This document shows, in pieces, positions 30,301 to 32,000 of a stretch of DNA of 32,000 bases. The notes below the pieces were generated by a model. The model searched no databases. It had not been told where the DNA came from and saw nothing but the letters and a program-made list of their open reading frames with translations. Position 1 is the first letter of the stretch, and each line of letters begins with the position of its first letter. Source of the DNA: Candidatus Iainarchaeum sp. (GTDB taxonomy: Archaea > Iainarchaeota > Iainarchaeia > Iainarchaeales > JAZDEL01); NCBI GenBank assembly GCA_043808785.1, contig JAZDEL010000002.1, forward strand, positions 210,001 to 242,000, read 5' to 3'. The translations under genes were made by a program, and so were the position numbers.

Positions 30301-30771
30301 ATGAACAAAAACACCGCTGTACAGCTGGATGAAGCGGACATAAAAATCCTGAACGCGATGCTCGCAATGCGCGAGACTGGCTACACTGCGATAGGGAAAA
30401 ATCTCGGCCTCACCCCGGCGGCGGTGCAGAAGCGCGTGAAGAGGATGCGTGCGCGCGGAATTTTCCTCGGCACCGTGCCCGTGCTCGACCTTGCGAAAAT
30501 CGGCTACGGCCTTACCGCAATAATAAAGGTCTCGGTTTCGCAGGGAAAGCTTGTGGAGGAGGCGCAGCGCTGGACCCAAAAGCGCAACACATGCTCGGTT
30601 TACAGGATTACCGGGGATTACGACATCATAGTGATAGGCAAGTTCAAGGACATGGACGAGCTGAACGACTTCACCACGGAGATGAACAGGGAGGGCTGGG
30701 TTACAAAAACAAACACGAGCCTGACCTTCCAGATTGCGCAGGAATCCGTGAACCCGAAGGTTATTTACTGA
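30301..30771 (+). CDS. lrp: Lrp/AsnC-family transcriptional regulator
   Basis: LDEADIKILNAMLAMRETGYTAIGKNLGLTPAAVQKRVKRMRARGI (HTH) followed by an RAM/ACT-like domain (AIIKVSV ... VYRITGDYDIIVIGKFKDMDELNDF). Confidence 0.85.
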   Translation: MNKNTAVQLDEADIKILNAMLAMRETGYTAIGKNLGLTPAAVQKRVKRMRARGIFLGTVPVLDLAKIGYGLTAIIKVSVSQGKLVEEAQRWTQKRNTCSVYRITGDYDIIVIGKFKDMDELNDFTTEMNREGWVTKTNTSLTFQIAQESVNPKVIY

Positions 30772-30919
30772 GCGCGGGAATACGCGGGCTGGAATGCGGC
30801 CTGCCTGGCGCGCGGAAGCCCGTAACCGGAACGCGGTTTTCAGGCGTATGCGGAATGCCTCCGAAAAGCTTTCTATTATAGTGGAAAGGTTTTTAAACAA
30901 AACATGCTATTATAGTGTT

Positions 30920-32000
30920 ATGGATTTTGACACCATAATCAGGGAACAGCGGGAAGAGCTCGAGCGCATAGGGAAACAGGAAATCCTGGTGCCGAGGGAA
31001 AAGCTCGGGGATGCGGAAAGGGCGCTGAAATTCCCGAACATCCTGGCTGTTCTCGGCGTCAGGAGGTGCGGCAAGTCGATTTTTTCGTATCTGCTGGCGA
31101 AAGGCGGGGCTTTCGGCTATGTGAACTTTGATGACGAACGCCTTCTGGGCGCAAAGGCGGAGGATTTGAACCTGATTCTGGAATCCTTCTATAGGCTCTA
31201 CGGCGATGTCGAATTTGTTGTCCTGGACGAGGCGCAAAATGTCAGGGGCTGGGAACTGTTTGCAAACAGGCTGAGGCGGACCAAAAAGGTAATATTGACG
31301 GGCAGCAACTCAAACCTCCTGTCGGGGGAACTGGCAACGCACCTTACGGGCAGGCATTCCGATGCGGTTCTTTTCCCATTTTCTTTCAGGGAGTTCATTA
31401 AACTGAAAAAGTTCGGGGAGAGCGCGGCATACACCACGAAGGAAAAGGCAATGCTGCTCAGGCTTCTTGAGGAATATCTCCGGGACGGCGGCTTTCCGGA
31501 AGTACAGAAATTCGGCGGCAGGACGGCTTCGCTTATATACGAGGACATTCTGGCGAAAGACATCCTGCTGAGGCACAAAATAAAAAAGATTGAGGAGATG
31601 AGGAAGCTTGCCAGATACCTCGTAACAAACTCCGCGAAAGAGTTCAGTTATGCGAAAACCGCAAAACTGCTTTCAATAAAGCACGTTGCGACAATGTCAA
31701 AATGGACTGGCTATCTTGAGGAAGCCTTTCTGGTGTTCAGGGTGGAGAGGTTCGACTTCAAGCTGAAGCGCCAATTCCTGGCGCCGAAAAAAATATACTG
31801 CATCGATACGGGCATGATGGGCGCCGCGGGCTTCAGGGTTTCGGAAAACAGGGGCGTGCTGATTGAGAATGCCGTAGCTGTAGAGCTGAGGAGAAGGGCT
31901 CAGTGGAACGAGGAAATATACTACTGGAAAGACTACCAGCATAGCGAGGTGGATTTTGTGGTGAAGGCGGGGGAAAAAATCAGGCAGCTGATTCAGGCAA
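30920..32000 (+). CDS. AAA_14/DUF4143-type ATPase (3' end beyond the window)
   Basis: Not in the supplied track because the frame has no stop inside the window. My translation: MDFDTIIREQREELERI ... NILAVLGVRRCGKS (Walker A) ... FVVLDEAQNVRGWE (Walker B) ... LTGSNSNLLSGELATHLTGRH ... GGFPEV ... YCIDTG ... YYWKDYQHSEVDFVV. Confidence 0.8.
   Translation, partial: MDFDTIIREQREELERIGKQEILVPREKLGDAERALKFPNILAVLGVRRCGKSIFSYLLAKGGAFGYVNFDDERLLGAKAEDLNLILESFYRLYGDVEFVVLDEAQNVRGWELFANRLRRTKKVILTGSNSNLLSGELATHLTGRHSDAVLFPFSFREFIKLKKFGESAAYTTKEKAMLLRLLEEYLRDGGFPEVQKFGGRTASLIYEDILAKDILLRHKIKKIEEMRKLARYLVTNSAKEFSYAKTAKLLSIKHVATMSKWTGYLEEAFLVFRVERFDFKLKRQFLAPKKIYCIDTGMMGAAGFRVSENRGVLIENAVAVELRRRAQWNEEIYYWKDYQHSEVDFVVKAGEKIRQLIQA

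Noticed and set aside
30283-30900. 205-aa minus-strand ORF
   Set aside because: It is antisense to the clearly recognisable Lrp/AsnC gene.
30874-30915. Duplicated CTATTATAGTG (30872-30882 and 30907-30917) upstream of the AAA ATPase gene as a special regulatory repeat
   Set aside because: TATTATA is this organism's ordinary TATA-box flavour (the same core occurs at 3614-3621 and 3633-3640). Two adjacent TATA-like elements are not by themselves remarkable.

Overview
This window is archaeal. Evidence: exosome Rrp42, ribosomal protein L37Ae, RpoP, a Pcc1-like protein, prefoldin beta, a GGGP-synthase-family gene, and TATA boxes lying 23-30 nt upstream of start codons (leaderless geometry). A small-genome, DPANN-like lineage is plausible, but that is inference only. 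No rRNA, tRNA, CRISPR array, transposase or integrase was recognised.

Layout:
- 1-2002: conserved information-processing cluster (rrp42, rpl37ae, rpoP, pcc1-like, pfdB).
- 2074-10704: housekeeping and envelope genes (DHH phosphoesterase, ribBA, PHP phosphoesterase, V4R protein, membrane proteins, secreted Cys-rich beta-helix protein).
- 10857-13182: accessory patch with an AbiEii/AbiEi type IV toxin-antitoxin pair and a second small two-gene cassette.
- 13524-16980: plus-strand operon (KaiC/RecA-like ATPase, double V4R-like protein, GGGPS/PcrB-family enzyme, HAD hydrolase).
- 17564-22298: Gph-like HAD phosphatase (plus strand), then on the minus strand a non-canonical radical-SAM-like Fe-S protein, a NodU/CmcH carbamoyltransferase and glyA.
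- 22379-30022: the most unusual part. Eight tandem, translationally coupled paralogues (273-304 aa) combine a winged-helix N-terminus with a roughly 190-aa C-terminal domain I cannot assign to any named family. A YbaK-like deacylase gene follows 4 nt downstream, then a ninth, wHTH-only paralogue under its own promoter.
- 30023-32000: an Lrp/AsnC regulator is transcribed divergently across an intergenic region full of phased repeats. The window ends inside an AAA_14/DUF4143-type ATPase gene.

A second recurring signal is a roughly 45-nt cassette: three TCAACC/GGTTGA half-sites fused to a TATA box. It appears in four near-identical copies plus one degenerate copy. Base composition is visibly mosaic.
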